Shown here: in pieces, positions 51,114 to 63,499 of the stretch | Layout: the number at the start of each line of letters is the position of its first letter | Numbering within the stretch: position 1 is the stretch's first letter | Source of the DNA: Antedon mediterranea | Taxonomy: Eukaryota; Animalia; Echinodermata | Assembly: GCF_964355755.1 (NCBI RefSeq) | Contig: NC_092673.1 | Span: 27,525,648 to 27,589,647, forward strand | Direction of reading: 5' to 3' | DNA length: 64,000 nt | Notes under the pieces: generated by a model | What the model was told of the DNA's origin: nothing | What the model saw: only the letters and a program-made list of their open reading frames with translations | The model's database searches: none | Program-made: the position numbers and the translations under genes

Positions 51114-52380
51114 ATACTACAGGGACATGTCCTCAAAGCTATAGAGCCGGATTTTTTTAATTTCAAACCGGATGCAGCCATATCACGTCTCGAAAATGGT
51201 ACCGTAAAGCCGTATTTGGTAGCGCGGTTATTGATGTGTATGTGACGTTACATCCGGTCTTATGACGTCATTACAGCTTCTTTCGCTGTACCCCGAGTAT
51301 TGCACATTCGTGCTTGTTCAAACATGATTTTCTGCCAATAGCATGGTTGCATGTTGTAAGGCTATATTATACAGATATTGACTGCTTAGAGGTTAAATAT
51401 AAGATTTGACATCCCCTCGGGAATGATATTAAGTTCTCGGGGAATATATATTTCCCTCAGCGATATAAAAGGCAATATCTGTTATATTATATAGCCAAGA
51501 ACAAGTCTGCTGGGTTGGGTGAAGCTAGGCTAGGCCTCCTATAGTATTTGTATTGTATTTAAACAAGCCTGCCTAGACACCTTACTGTACCTTGCGAAGA
51601 ATAATATACAGTTACTAATTAATGATTCCTTGGCAATAAAATATTCACTTAGGCCTAGTCGTTTAAATTAACAGAAGAATTTCCATCAATAAGCCTATTA
51701 AAAATAATAATATTATAATCAGGTAGGCCGAATAAACAATTCGTCTTCTTCTCGATCTTCGAGGAGCCGAATCACCAGATGTTCAGCGCGTACTAGTTAC
51801 TAGGTTACTACCGTGAGTATTGACCAATCACAAACGGTGTTTCATCACATTTAGGGTGGACTTATAACAAATGAGGGCGCTATGTATGCATAGTTTAAAT
51901 AGTTTAGATGATTAATTTCTTCAAGTAACTTCCGTGGCGCAGCGCAGCGGTTGAAGCGTTGTCTTGCGATGGAGTGACGATTCCACCCGAGTTCAAGATC
52001 GAGTAGATGACTTTTGTTTATTTATCGGCAACGCGAGTGTTGGCACACAAAAATTACACAGTCAATATCATCGTACTCGAGAATCTATATGTTTAATGAC
52101 AGGGGACACGATAATTACGCGAAAATTACACAGTCAATATCATCGTTCTCGAGGATATATACGATTTATGATCCTCGCAGCGGTAGTCATGTGATGCAGT
52201 TTCAACCAATCACGTTAGCGTATTTACATTATTTCTTTATTCTGATACAAAATCAATAGGATAAAAACACAAAAAGTACCGAGACGGCAAACTTATTTCC
52301 ATTGTGGTCCTAAACAAATATAACAAAATAAACAAGGAAAACCACAATAACTTAAACATAATACACAAACAAATAGCAAA

Positions 52381-52720
52381 TTAAATTTCTCTTAATCTAA
52401 GAATTTCACAAAAATAACTTTTTGATCTCTGTTTAAATAATTGTAATGAAGAGGAGCTTTGAACAAAATAGGGGAGTGAATTCCATAACTGAATGCTTGT
52501 TATTAAGAAAGTTGACCTGTTGTGAGTTCCTATGACTGGAATTTGGATCGAAATGCTGTCTCTAGCAAATCTTGTATTGTGATTGTGACGTTGTCTCGTC
52601 AGGGTAATTGTATCCAGGTAAGTTGGAGCACTTTTGTTAATTATTTTATACATAATACATAGTTTCCTCACTTGTACTCTTAGGTCAACTGGCAACCAAT
52701 TTAAGTTTACAAACTCATGT
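52381..52720 (-). mobile_element. 3' fragment of a CR1/L2-type LINE ORF2
   Basis: MYKIINKSAPTYL...HNHNTR...TFLITSIQLWNSLP...FK is the typical post-RT C-terminus. Confidence 0.75.
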
Positions 52721-52894
52721 ATATAGGCTATGTAATATAAATATAAAGTAAATCGATAAAAAATTGTTTAAATTACTTTATGTACACATTCTTATATTAT
52801 ATATATTGCATATTGTGTGACCATGAAGGCAGGATAGAAAGAAGCTCATCTACACTGTCTATAATTAGTCGAATAATCTTCCACCGTTTCAGAC

Positions 52895-53020
52895 AGGTTT
52901 GTGGATGGAACGACTGTAAATGGTGTCGATACTGTGATCTGTGCTACAGGCTACTTCACAACCTTTCCATTCATTAGTACTGACATTTTAGATGATAAGA
53001 AAATTCCGTTGGTGTTGTAA
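52895..53020 (+). pseudogene. Orphan exon of a flavin-containing monooxygenase (FMO)
   Basis: A frame not in the ORF track reads RFVDGTTVNGVDTVICATGYFTTFPFISTDILD, matching the FMO F.DG....D.VI.ATGY...FPF signature. It ends at GATG|ATAAGA (possibly a dead donor) with a stop at 53018-53020. No flanking FMO exons found. Confidence 0.75.
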
Positions 53021-53265
53021 ATGCTATGTGATTTATATACCGAAAATATCAATAGTATAATAAAAAAATACGATTTGTTGGTTGAAAGGCTTGGAAGCAT
53101 TCTGGAATTTAGACGTGATTGAAAACACAAAACATTAGAGAATACAGTATTATGAAGTTGTTAAATTGAAGCCACGACCTCAGATCACTATTAACCTTGG
53201 TACAATTGCAACTATTATAAAGAATTGAAAATTAGAATTTAAAAAAAGCTTAAAATAATACTTAC

Positions 53266-53360
53266 TGAATCATAGTGGCAGACCTTCACTATGATTTGTC
53301 AATGTAATGTGTGGAAAACTAATGATATCGCAGGTATATAATATACAGTAGGCCTATATA
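53266..53360 (-). promoter_or_regulatory. Second copy of the putative PKS non-coding first exon / promoter
   Basis: ~53155-53360 closely matches ~44550-44870 (minus the MITE), including the minus-strand donor GTAAGT and the TAGGCCTATATA box. Confidence 0.45.
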
Positions 53361-53449
53361 TATGATGAAGGGCTAGTGTTGCCCGAAAGCTCTGCTAACT
53401 TTTCTGACTGTTTTACTTTATCATTTTGATTTAGCTTTTCGCTTTTTTT

Positions 53450-53820
53450 TGTATCTCCATTGAGATCCAGCCACTGATACTCACAGCATTGTCATTGTTT
53501 CAGTGCTTATTTTATTTTGTATCTCCATTGAGATCCAGCCACTGATAACCATAGCATTGTCATTTTTTCAAGGCTTATTTTATTTTGTATCTCCATTGAG
53601 ATCCAGCCACTGATACCCACAGCATTGTCATTTTTTCAGTGCTTATTTATTTGTATCTCCATATTGAGATCCAGCCACTGATACCCACAACATCGTCATT
53701 TTTTCAAGGCTTATTTTATTTTGTATCTTCATTGAGATCCAGCCACTGATACCCACGTACAGCATTGTCATTTTTTCAAGGCTTATTTTATTTTGTATCT
53801 CCATTCAGATCAGCCACTGT
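53450..53820 (+). repeat. ~68-bp tandem repeat (~5-6 copies) following a Penelope-type hammerhead-like motif
   Basis: Unit TGTATCTCCATTGAGATCCAGCCACTGATACCCACAGCATTGTCATTTTTTCAAGGCTTATTTTATTT, preceded by TGATGAAGGGCTAGTGTTGCCCGAAAGCT at ~53363-53391. Confidence 0.85.
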
Positions 53821-54361
53821 CATTTTGTTTAGAGTATAGGTTGCCTTTGGAATTAATTAATTATATTATTATTATTTTCCTGTTGTTATTTCTATTTATT
53901 AATTGCACACACATTTAAAGTTAGAAGAAATATTTAAATATAATAAAATTGTACATCAACATTTAATAACAGTTTTCTGTATAATATATATTTTACATTA
54001 TCTATACAGTGGCTGAAGATATAATTACAAATTACTTAATTTAAATTTCTTTTCAATTACAAATTTATATCAAAAGGTAATTGTGAAAAATGATATACCA
54101 TCGATTGACTGTTGTGTTTTCTGACACATTGTATTTAGCTAATATAATGGAACAAGTTAAATTGGTATGCATTTATTAGTATTGGTTAAAGTAAAAGTTA
54201 AATATTAATAATATGGTAAGAACTGTCAAGACATCCGCCCTTTTAACTAATAATTATTCTGCAGAAACATTTAAATGTAAGTGGTTGTGTTTACAATATT
54301 TAGACTACTAAAATTTTTTGAATATTCATTATAATGATATACTGTATATACATTAAATTAG

Positions 54362-54491
54362 CAAATCAACCAATCAAAGATGTTAACAAACAAAAGGCAT
54401 AGTTATAAAGGCACGCCTCCAAAAGCTTTTTTGGAGGCGTGCCTTTATAACTATGCCTTTTGTTTGTTAACATCTTTGATTGGTTGATTTG
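54362..54491. repeat. ~130-bp near-perfect palindrome at the 5' edge of a Penelope-like pLTR
   Basis: CAAATCAACCAATCAAAGATGTTAACAAACAAAAGGCATAGTTATAAAGGCACGCCTCCAAAA followed almost immediately by its reverse complement. Confidence 0.92.
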
Positions 54492-54541
54492 TTTTATTAT
54501 GTAATTTTGTGACTTATATATGTTATCCTTTGTTACAATTC

Positions 54542-54584
54542 TTTTCACCTGATGATGGGCTATGCCCGAAACATGTCGTTAAAA
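54542..54584 (+). ncRNA. Minimal type I hammerhead ribozyme (Penelope-like element type)
   Basis: Helix I TTTTCAC/GTTAAAA (1 mismatch), core CTGATGA, helix II GGGC-TAT-GCCC, GAAA, palindromic short helix III ACATGT, cleavage triplet GTC. Confidence 0.75.
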
Positions 54585-54899
54585 TAAATCTATATTGAGG
54601 CAGTTTTAACTTATTTGATCTTGATTTTTTTCTATATCCTGCCTATGCAGCTCTTTGATTTACATTAAATTAGCAGGTACACAGAACTAAATATACAGTA
54701 TTCACGACTATAACCACTAAATACCACGTTTAATTAATTTTATACTTATAGTTTAGTTACTTTCTTTTTATCTTTTTAAATTTTATTTCATCATCACCCC
54801 ACAGTGACCAAACGTCACCATTAACAGGGTTGAAAGTCGTAAAATATAACATATTATATACAAGCAAAAATCAACAGATAACAAGACAACATTTAAATA

Positions 54900-55725
54900 T
54901 TACTGACATTAGACAAAACCTTGTGACGGAAACAAGCAAGGGAATCAAAAAAAAAATCAAAAGATCCATCAAACAATCAAAAAGAAATAGAGTTAAAAAT
55001 AACACTGCAGAATTCAACATTTGACCTAACTAAAGATTTGTGTAAAATAACTAATGCCTTCTTTTTATCGTTAATATGTCTGCAATGTCTCCAAAGAAAA
55101 CCCAAAAGTCTATTGCATTTAGAGACTATAAAATCAATATGTTTACAGAAGGTTAATGAACTATCTAAAAAAATACCAAGGTCTTTGTGAACAGAGACTC
55201 TTTCAAGTATAATATTCTTAATATAAAAGTAAAAATAGATGGGTTTTTTGTTAAGAGTAAAAGACATTGATTTGTATTTAGAGGCATTGACTGACATATT
55301 CCAAGTGTCGCACCAGTAAATGAGTCTGTCAACGTCTTCTTTTAACAACAACATATCAATCAATTACAGTGTTATTTAACCAGGTTTCAGTTAATGCTAC
55401 AACGTCTATGTATCTTGTGCACATGTGACTAAACAATTCCGATTTATATGATTCCATTTAATTTTTTACACTACGAACGTTTTGGTAGTACACCTTTAAA
55501 GAGCTACTTTTATTATTCGATTTAGTAGCATTCGGGCCAGGATTAACTTCTATGTCCCCTCCAAGTACAACAGACCAAATACGTAGAGTACTAACCGAAT
55601 TTGAATAGTATGACACAGCCCTGCCAAGGAACTTAAACTTCGATTTCTTTCGTACTTGTAATGATGTAAGGCCAGTTATTGTTATTGCACATTTTGAATA
55701 ATAAATAGGTATCGGATGAAAATCG
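54900..55725 (-). mobile_element. Internally deleted CR1/Jockey-clade LINE relic (2A-like motif + APE start joined to RT C-terminus)
   Basis: VVLGGDIEVNPGP...LKVYYQNVRS (APE N-terminus) at 55458-55733; WCDTWNMSVNASK...KDLGIFLDSSLTF...LVRSNVEFCS at 54977-55363. Confidence 0.8.
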
Positions 55726-55726
<1 letters not shown>

Positions 55727-55762
<36 letters not shown>

Positions 55763-57094
55763 GTAACATTTATTTCTCTTCTTGTCATTCATAGAAAATA
55801 AAAGTTAACAGTAAATATGATTAAAATAAGAGGGGCAACATTCCTTAAAAGCGAAGCTTGTATAAGGCAGCCCATAGAAACTGAAAAAAAAAACAGGACA
55901 ACACGGGAACCGGAAAAACAGGACAAAAACAGTAATAAAGACTTTTAGTTTCAGGGTACCGAAAAGACTAAATATCAAAACTACAATGAGTGAAAGGATA
56001 ATTAAACATAACTAGATAAGAGGTGCCGTTTCAATTTAAAAGAAAAACTCTTCTTAGACAAAGCACCTTTTATATTAACTGGTACGTTATCCCAGAGTTT
56101 AGGACCACTGAACTTAATGCTATGTTTAAAATAAGTAGTTTTAAAAAAAGGAATACGTATTTGATTTGCGCTCCGAGTACTGTGGTTATGAAAATTGAGA
56201 TTGAAACTAAATAAATCATCAAAGTGTGATGGCAGGATCGAGTTTAGCCTTGAATAGAGGAAAACACTTTGTTGAAGATGGTTAATATCCTGAATTTTAA
56301 GAAGACCAAATGAAGAAAATATAAAGGAGGAGCATTTGCTATGTATCTTACGGTTTTCTTTTGGATCAATAACAGTTTGTTTAAGTAGGACGGGTATGTA
56401 TTACCCCAAATAATATTACAGTAAGTGAGGTAAGGGAGGATTAGTGAACAGTAAAGAATCCGGAGTATGTTTTGAGGGATGAAAGATGATAATCTATATA
56501 TGATACCAGAACTTTTGGATATTTTGTTTTCGACTTGAGTAATCTGATGTTTCCAATTTAGCTTACTGTCCAGATAAACACCAAGAAATTTAGTTTTCTC
56601 AACAATAGGTATTAATTGATCTTTAATTTTTCGTTTGAAAGTACTATTATTTAGTGGTATTTGTGAATTTTTGAACACCATACAACAGCACTTCTTTAGA
56701 TTAACAGAAAGTTTGTTTGCAGAAAAGTATGTTAAAATTTTGGGTAGATTTTCGGTTGATATTTTAAAAAGGGAATCTATATTTTTATCAGTGTAAATTA
56801 GGGTTGTGTCATCAGCATACAACAGAAAAGAAAACATATTTGAGGCATTATGGATATCATTTATGTATAATAAAAATAATAGAGGCCCAAGAAGGGAACA
56901 TTGAGGAACTCCACAAATAATAGGAAGAAAATCAGAAAGGGTGTGTTAAATTTAGTGCATTGCTTGCGGTTTGAAAGGTAGCTTTTGAATAAATTATATA
57001 CAGGGCCACGGATTCCATAATTATGTAACTTATATAATAAAATATCGTGATCAATTGTATCAAAGGCCTTCGTGGCCTTCGTCAATGTAAACAT
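55727..57094 (-). mobile_element. 5'-truncated, frameshifted L2/Crack-type LINE with (ATTG)n tail
   Basis: KAFDTIDHDILLYKL..YGIRG, YADDT, KFLGVYLD, YCNIIWG; (CAAT)n microsatellite at ~55727-55760 marks the 3' end. Confidence 0.85.
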
Positions 57095-57619
57095 ACTTTC
57101 TGTAAATTGCTAGTATGATTATATATACTGTAGTATTATAGGTATTAAATATTATTACTGACATATTTATGAGCTAGAGGAGCTACCCGCCTAGTTTCTC
57201 TTTTCCCGTTTAGACACATTATACCTGTCTTTTAAAGAAACGTTTGGCTTCTTTTGTTAAGCTCTGTCTACACTATAAAAGTAGTTTGACAAAAAAAGTG
57301 TGATGTGCCCATATATGGTAGTAATACAGTTTTTATCACAAGTTTTATAGTGTAGGAAGAGATACAAAGAGAATCAAATGTAAAATATCTTGATCATTCC
57401 TTCCATTAATCGATCAGCAAAGCTGACGTTTCTTTTCATCCTTCAAAATTATTTACCCGTCTATATCCGTCAGGCAACTTAAATTTAAACTGTTTGTTAT
57501 TAAAAATCACCTTTTAAACTCATAGTTTACTTTTTTCTTCACTTTTGATCCAAAGAGTACGTTTATTCTCGTACTGCTTCATAAAGTCGTGAATGTGATT
57601 TAACAGCAACTTATATTCT

Positions 57620-58200
57620 AAAGCTTTGTTTTCACTATAGACGCAATGACAAAGTGTAACTTATGTCCTAAAGCTTGTTTTCCACAGAGACGCAATGACA
57701 AAGTGTAACGTATGTCCTAAAGCTTGGTTTCCACTAGAGACGCAATAACAAAGCGCAACGCAAATTATTTGACCAATCACAAGGGATGGATTATTCAAAC
57801 TGTCCAACGCTTTTCGTAACGCTTGGTTTCCAGTAGCGACGCAACGCAATAACGTAGACGCAACGCAATAGACCATTCCGTCGCTGGCGATTGGTTATTA
57901 TAAATCACTTAACGTTGGGAAACAAGCTTAGGTAATTTGACCAATTGTCATTTGTAAACCCCGCTTGCGTTGGGTTTAAGTCGTAGTCCTAGTGGAAACC
58001 AAGCTTTAAGCTTGGTTCCCACTAGCGACGCAACACAAGGACGTAACGCAACGCAAGTAAATTGACCAATCACAAGCGATGGCTTATTCACTTGTGATTG
58101 CTAACTGTCTATAATTTCGCTTGTCATTGGTTAAAACGCTTGCGTTGCGTTTACGTCCTTGCGTTGCGTCTTCCATGGAACCAATCGCTAGCAATGAAAA
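57620..58200. mobile_element. Cluster of AAGCTTGGTT(C/T)CCACTAG-ended MITEs
   Basis: Repeated AAGCTTGGTTCCCACTAGCGACGCAAC...CTAGTGGAAACCAAGCTT termini; related copies at ~23340-23580, ~26235-26560 and ~32148. Confidence 0.7.
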
Positions 58201-59340
58201 CCCAAGTTTAAATAATTAAAATGAAATCCTAAATGGCAGGTTATGTGTTTAAAATCGATATATTGAAGAATATATTGATGGCTGAATCAAAAAAATGTTG
58301 CTAACTTGTGGAAAGACTTGGCAAGTACCAGTAACAATAACGTTAACTTTATCACGTTGTCAAATTTACTTAATCAATCAAACAAATATTTTCTATATAT
58401 TGAATCTAGAATCGATCACGCCATGTACGTTAAATATAAGGGTATACGTATCATTTTTCATTGGATATTGCATTTAATTGTTCTTATTACAGGTTACAAT
58501 ATTGATGCTGGTATGTTAAACGCAATACTATTGGATAAAATGAACAATTCTCAGAGAAAGTACAGAATAATAATATATGTATTTAATATGTATGTGTATT
58601 ATAACCCTCATATGTATATACTTGTTTGAAACTGTTTGTCTTATGAAACCCAGTCACAACTCGATGTGAATCTTCGCAAATGAAGATTTAAGCATGGCTG
58701 ATTGGTCAAATGTTCGATCCTGACCAATTATACAACAATTTAGTTTATTCAAACCGATGCAAATTTAAAAACATTGCAGGCCAAATATTAATAACGAATA
58801 AAATCCTACGTTGATTCGCTTTAGGCCTATACACATTTATAATTCAAAAGAATTAAAGACTCGGTTATCTTGGAAAGATCTCATCTAAAATCTTACTAAA
58901 ACAGCCCAGGCGGTCAGTAATATACTATGCATGTTTTTAACTTTTTATTTTAAACAGAACCTTTATGTAAAAAAGTGCTACTTCTATACCTGATAGGTTT
59001 TTATCCCGTGAAATATAAATAAATAAATGTACGTTTCGTTTAAAGACACTACCTACATATTTCGGTCGATGTTAAGGTCTCAAACTACATTTTACATCAA
59101 AAATAAATCTTATGGCCATGCGATAACCTTTTTGTCTTTACACGTTAAACATGTAAAAAATAAAGAGAGATTCTACTAATTTAAATGGCTCCTATAACTA
59201 CGGCATGCCTCGCGCGCGGATTGATATTTTCGTTTTGCTTCTGTGATACACCCACATTTGAGTCATCATGAAGAAAACGAACCGTCAACTTTTCGGCTAG
59301 AATACCGGGTTTTCTCCGACTCTTATTAATGGATCCTCTC

Positions 59341-59371
<31 letters not shown>

Positions 59372-60541
59372 ATTTAAGAAACGAGACCAAGCGAGCCTAT
59401 CTACAGCTTGGTTAAACATCATCATAGTATAACATCTGTAATGATGTTGTGGAATTTGGTACGCATCTATAACATGAAAGACATTTATTATGTTGAGAAT
59501 ACGGATTTAAACATCGTATTTGAAAGCAATCGAAATCTTGGAAATAGAAACGGATTCTTGATAAAAAGAACCGATTTTTAATACCATTTTTAAACGGTTT
59601 GTCTTGTTTATTCAGTTATAATTTTACAGATATTATTTATTTATTTATTTAGTGCCTCCTCGCCGAATAATCGTCTGATTTCTCCGCCAGGGCTGCCTTG
59701 CTTACTCTTTGTACCAGGTTTCTCCATTCCTTTCGTTTGTTGGCCAACTTTCTAAAATAGTCAACATCTTTCATTGTCTCCAGCCTCATCATGCTAGAGG
59801 GGGTTTCACCTTTTTTATGTCATTGTTTTTTATGTATATGTGAACTTTATTCAATCAATCATACATTTTTTGGTATTATAATGGTAATCATAATAACGTG
59901 TAGGCCTATTTACAGTAATTTTTACAACAAAAAAATGTAATATAAAGTATATACAGTGATTATTTACAGTAATGATAATAATACAAATTAATTGTTTATA
60001 TTGACTATTATTGAAAACAGAAGTTGAATACTAAAATACTGAATAATTTGCGTGTTGCTCTGTTGATGCGTATAAGAGAAAGAAACATTTACTGTACCTC
60101 TATGAATTTGATTGATTTGATCTTAGTTGTTTGTGGTTAGGCTTTTTATTTTTGAGCCGCGCCAACCCCCACCAACATGAGAAATGAATGACGGCGGAAC
60201 ACGAGGAAAGTTAAGACGTAAGGCTTGATGGATTATTTCCACACTGTCCACATTGTCAAAATGTCTCGCGCATCTCATCCCTCGCGACGATGGGCTGAGG
60301 TGCTGGAGACTCTCTTACACCTCTACACCTGTTCCGGCACGGTTCCAGTCCGGCCGGCAAATCAAATCGTTGCAGGTTCGAATCCAGCCAGAGACATTTT
60401 TTCATACAACTACAAAATATGGAACTTTCGCCAATGAGCTATGCTCGACGCGATTATGAGATCATGTTCCGAATATGAGCACTGTTTCTATAATTTACAG
60501 TATGATTTATATATAATTTACACAGTGCTACGCAACATCAT

Positions 60542-60666
<125 letters not shown>

Positions 60667-61382
60667 ATCATTCAATATCTTTATATGAAAATAGTTCAAA
60701 ATGTAATGTAAAATTTACCTCAAATTGTATCAGAACTGGATAAAATCAACTGAGGTTCCCAAACTGTCATCCATTCACAGAGGTAGAGCCGAGCCCAGAT
60801 GAATGATGCCAGCAACAGTGACTGCTTTTATAACAACCATTAAATTTAGTATTCGCTTGTAGAATTTGGCATTTTTTTAATGTCAAATAAAGTTAATACC
60901 GGCATCCGTTATAAATCAATATTACTGCAATAAATATATGTTTTGCTGGTAAAGCATTGTAGAACAGCTTCTTCAATACTATCGTAATTTTTAGGTTGTT
61001 GAGGTTAAAGTTGTATTTTTTCAATGTCTCAATATTGACTGTATATGACAATAATACAGGTAATGGACAATGATAATTTCATCATTCGGCCTGATAATAA
61101 AACCTGGAAACGTCACAGTTATATTATTCCAGTAACTCAAGTTGAATGTATCCGTAATAACCCGTATTTCTTTTTTCCGCCCACTTTTATGGGTATGATG
61201 CTATCATACTATATTAACAAAGTTACAATATCATTGTTGACGCAAGGATGTCAGTCGCACCGCAAGGTCGTTGTTCTAAAATTTTAGGTACCCCCGTAAC
61301 AGAGTGCACCCCCTATTGAATTAAAAATGACGTTTTTAGTATCCCATCATTTTTAGTATCCCCTCTCGCTCGTACGTAATGT

Positions 61383-62214
61383 CAAAGAATATATATCACA
61401 AGAATGAGTAATCCGCGATTTTCCCTGTAACAGTAATATTGTCCATGTGGTAGGGCGCCGCCATAAGTGTGGATGTATCTGGGATGTATACAACTTTTTG
61501 TGACGGTTTCACTAATCAAAGGCTGGACCACCGGTAGTATTTTCATGATAAAAAATGTTATCAACTACATGCCAACATCATGTTAAATACTATTTGGATA
61601 TTTAATTGTTCGTTTTATGCAATTTATTTAGTAAAAACTGCCGTATAAACAGTTTGATTTATCAACCGGGCGCTACGATAGCGTGACCGGGCGTGTTGGT
61701 GTTTCCGCGTTTTCACGAAGGATAGTTTAATAATATTCCTATATTTAACTTGTTTCTGGTAAAACAAATAAATGTTAATGACATTTAACATTTTCTCCTA
61801 TTAATAACATGTGTTTTATACTAATTTATATCATAAAAACAATAATTTACCGGGCGTACAGTAGTACACGGCAATGGTAAAGAATAGGCCGTGCTGAGTA
61901 ATATTCGTTGATTTTTGGTGTTGCTGTGTTAGGCCTTTTTTGTGAACTAACTTAGCATGTTAGTAAATAATTGTCTGCAAAAGTGAATAAACACTAGTTT
62001 GTTAATAAATATGTATTATAAAATAGTTTACAATTGCAAAAACTATCATCATAATTCTATTTAATTTGACATGTATCATGTCTATTAAATCAAGTCTTAT
62101 TTAGTATGTATACATCCGCCCTTATGAGGGCGGGCATCACTCACTGGAGCTCTCTGTTACAAATTTCTCATGCAAAAATCGCGGAATACTCATTCTTGTG
62201 ATATATATTCTTTG
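61383..62214. mobile_element. Non-autonomous P-element-like DNA transposon
   Basis: TIRs CAAAGAATATATATCACAAGAATGAGTA.TCCGCGATTTT and reverse complement; TSD GTAATGT on both sides; CANRG-type terminus. Confidence 0.75.
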
Positions 62215-62614
62215 GTAATGTTAAGTGACATTTTATATTTAGATGTCTACCGCTCCCGCACAACTTATGTAGCCTATAGGTCTTTAGTACAGTAATAATA
62301 ACAAAAATACTACTGTTCATGTACCTACATTATCCATAAATGTACCATGCAATGATTGTTTATCGAGAAAATAACCTAGGCCTCTGACGCGGAAGTCCGA
62401 TATCAAATTCAAATTCAAATATTCTTTTATTCATCCTCAATCATGAAAATATACAACAACAATATATGAGAACATAAAAAAGATGAAAAGGAAACACATA
62501 AAAACTCAAAAAGAGCTTGATTAGTTGTGTCCCCCTATGTCCCTAACTAGCCTAAAAAACTAAAACATAAATAATAAAAAAAGCTAAATCCTGCAACAAG
62601 TATTATTTTTTAAA

Positions 62615-63050
62615 TTATTTGTAAAATGATAATAAATGTTCTTTAAACAATGATTGAAATATATATATTGATTTGGTACTTTGTAGTTCGTAATTCAAGT
62701 CATTCCACATTTTGGGTCCCACACATGACACAGTAAAACTAGTAGAAGTACGATTACGTTTTCTGAGTCTCATTTTGTCTTTAGATCTTGTATTATAATT
62801 ATGGTAAGAACCATTTTTAATAAAGAGCGATGAAAAACGCACGTCCTGATTAGTAGTAACATTATACATGAAAAGCCCAATTTGGTACTTATTGATATCC
62901 GCAATTTTAAGAAGTTTATATTTATAGAAACATTCAGTCATTGAATCATTAAACTTTGACCATGTTTCAGCTCGTAATGCCCTTTTCTGGAGTTTAAATA
63001 ACTCATCTAAATAACTTGGAAATGTGCTACACCATATTATGTTGCATATC
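62615..63050 (-). mobile_element. 3' fragment of an L2/Crack-type LINE
   Basis: LLKIADINKYQIGLFMY...YHNYNTRS...GPKMWNDL...FK; degraded CNIIW upstream. Confidence 0.75.
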
Positions 63051-63499
63051 TCTGAATCGAAACAGCCGAGCCTGCTGTAGCTGCTTATATAGCTGTGATG
63101 TGAACTAGGCTGGCTAGCCTGGCCAACAGCGACCGATTGTGGAGATACATTTTTAGTAACTCTTTTAAAAGTTGCTAGGACTGGGAAGGTTGGAATGATC
63201 CACGCCTCCCTACGAAATAGACCAACTTAAGAATATAAAATTGAACAGTTTTCTCACATCCTGTAATACATTATTATACTATAAATCATGAATTGTGGCT
63301 AATTCTTTAGGCCTACGATAGACAAAATAAAAAACGCACCGTAAAAACTAATCTGTAACCATGTGAATGACATAATCTAATACACGGCAATTGACGAGTT
63401 AATATTCCCAATATTGTGACAAATGTCTGTACCCTCGTGACAGGGTACAATATAACAGTACGGTAATCACTCTAGTAGGCTTAGGTATAACCTCGGTGT

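Noticed and set aside
51931-52005. Possible tRNA (A-box/B-box-like GTGGCGCAGCG...GAGTTCAAGA)
   Set aside because: No cloverleaf can be built; at most a degraded SINE head.
53450-53820. Repeat array resembling CRISPR
   Set aside because: The sequences between the conserved blocks are themselves near-identical, so this is a tandem repeat in a eukaryotic, Penelope-associated context.
60285-60395. Possible tRNA (GGTTCGAATCC)
   Set aside because: Only a B-box is evident; spacing and stems do not fit a tRNA, so it is probably a SINE relic.
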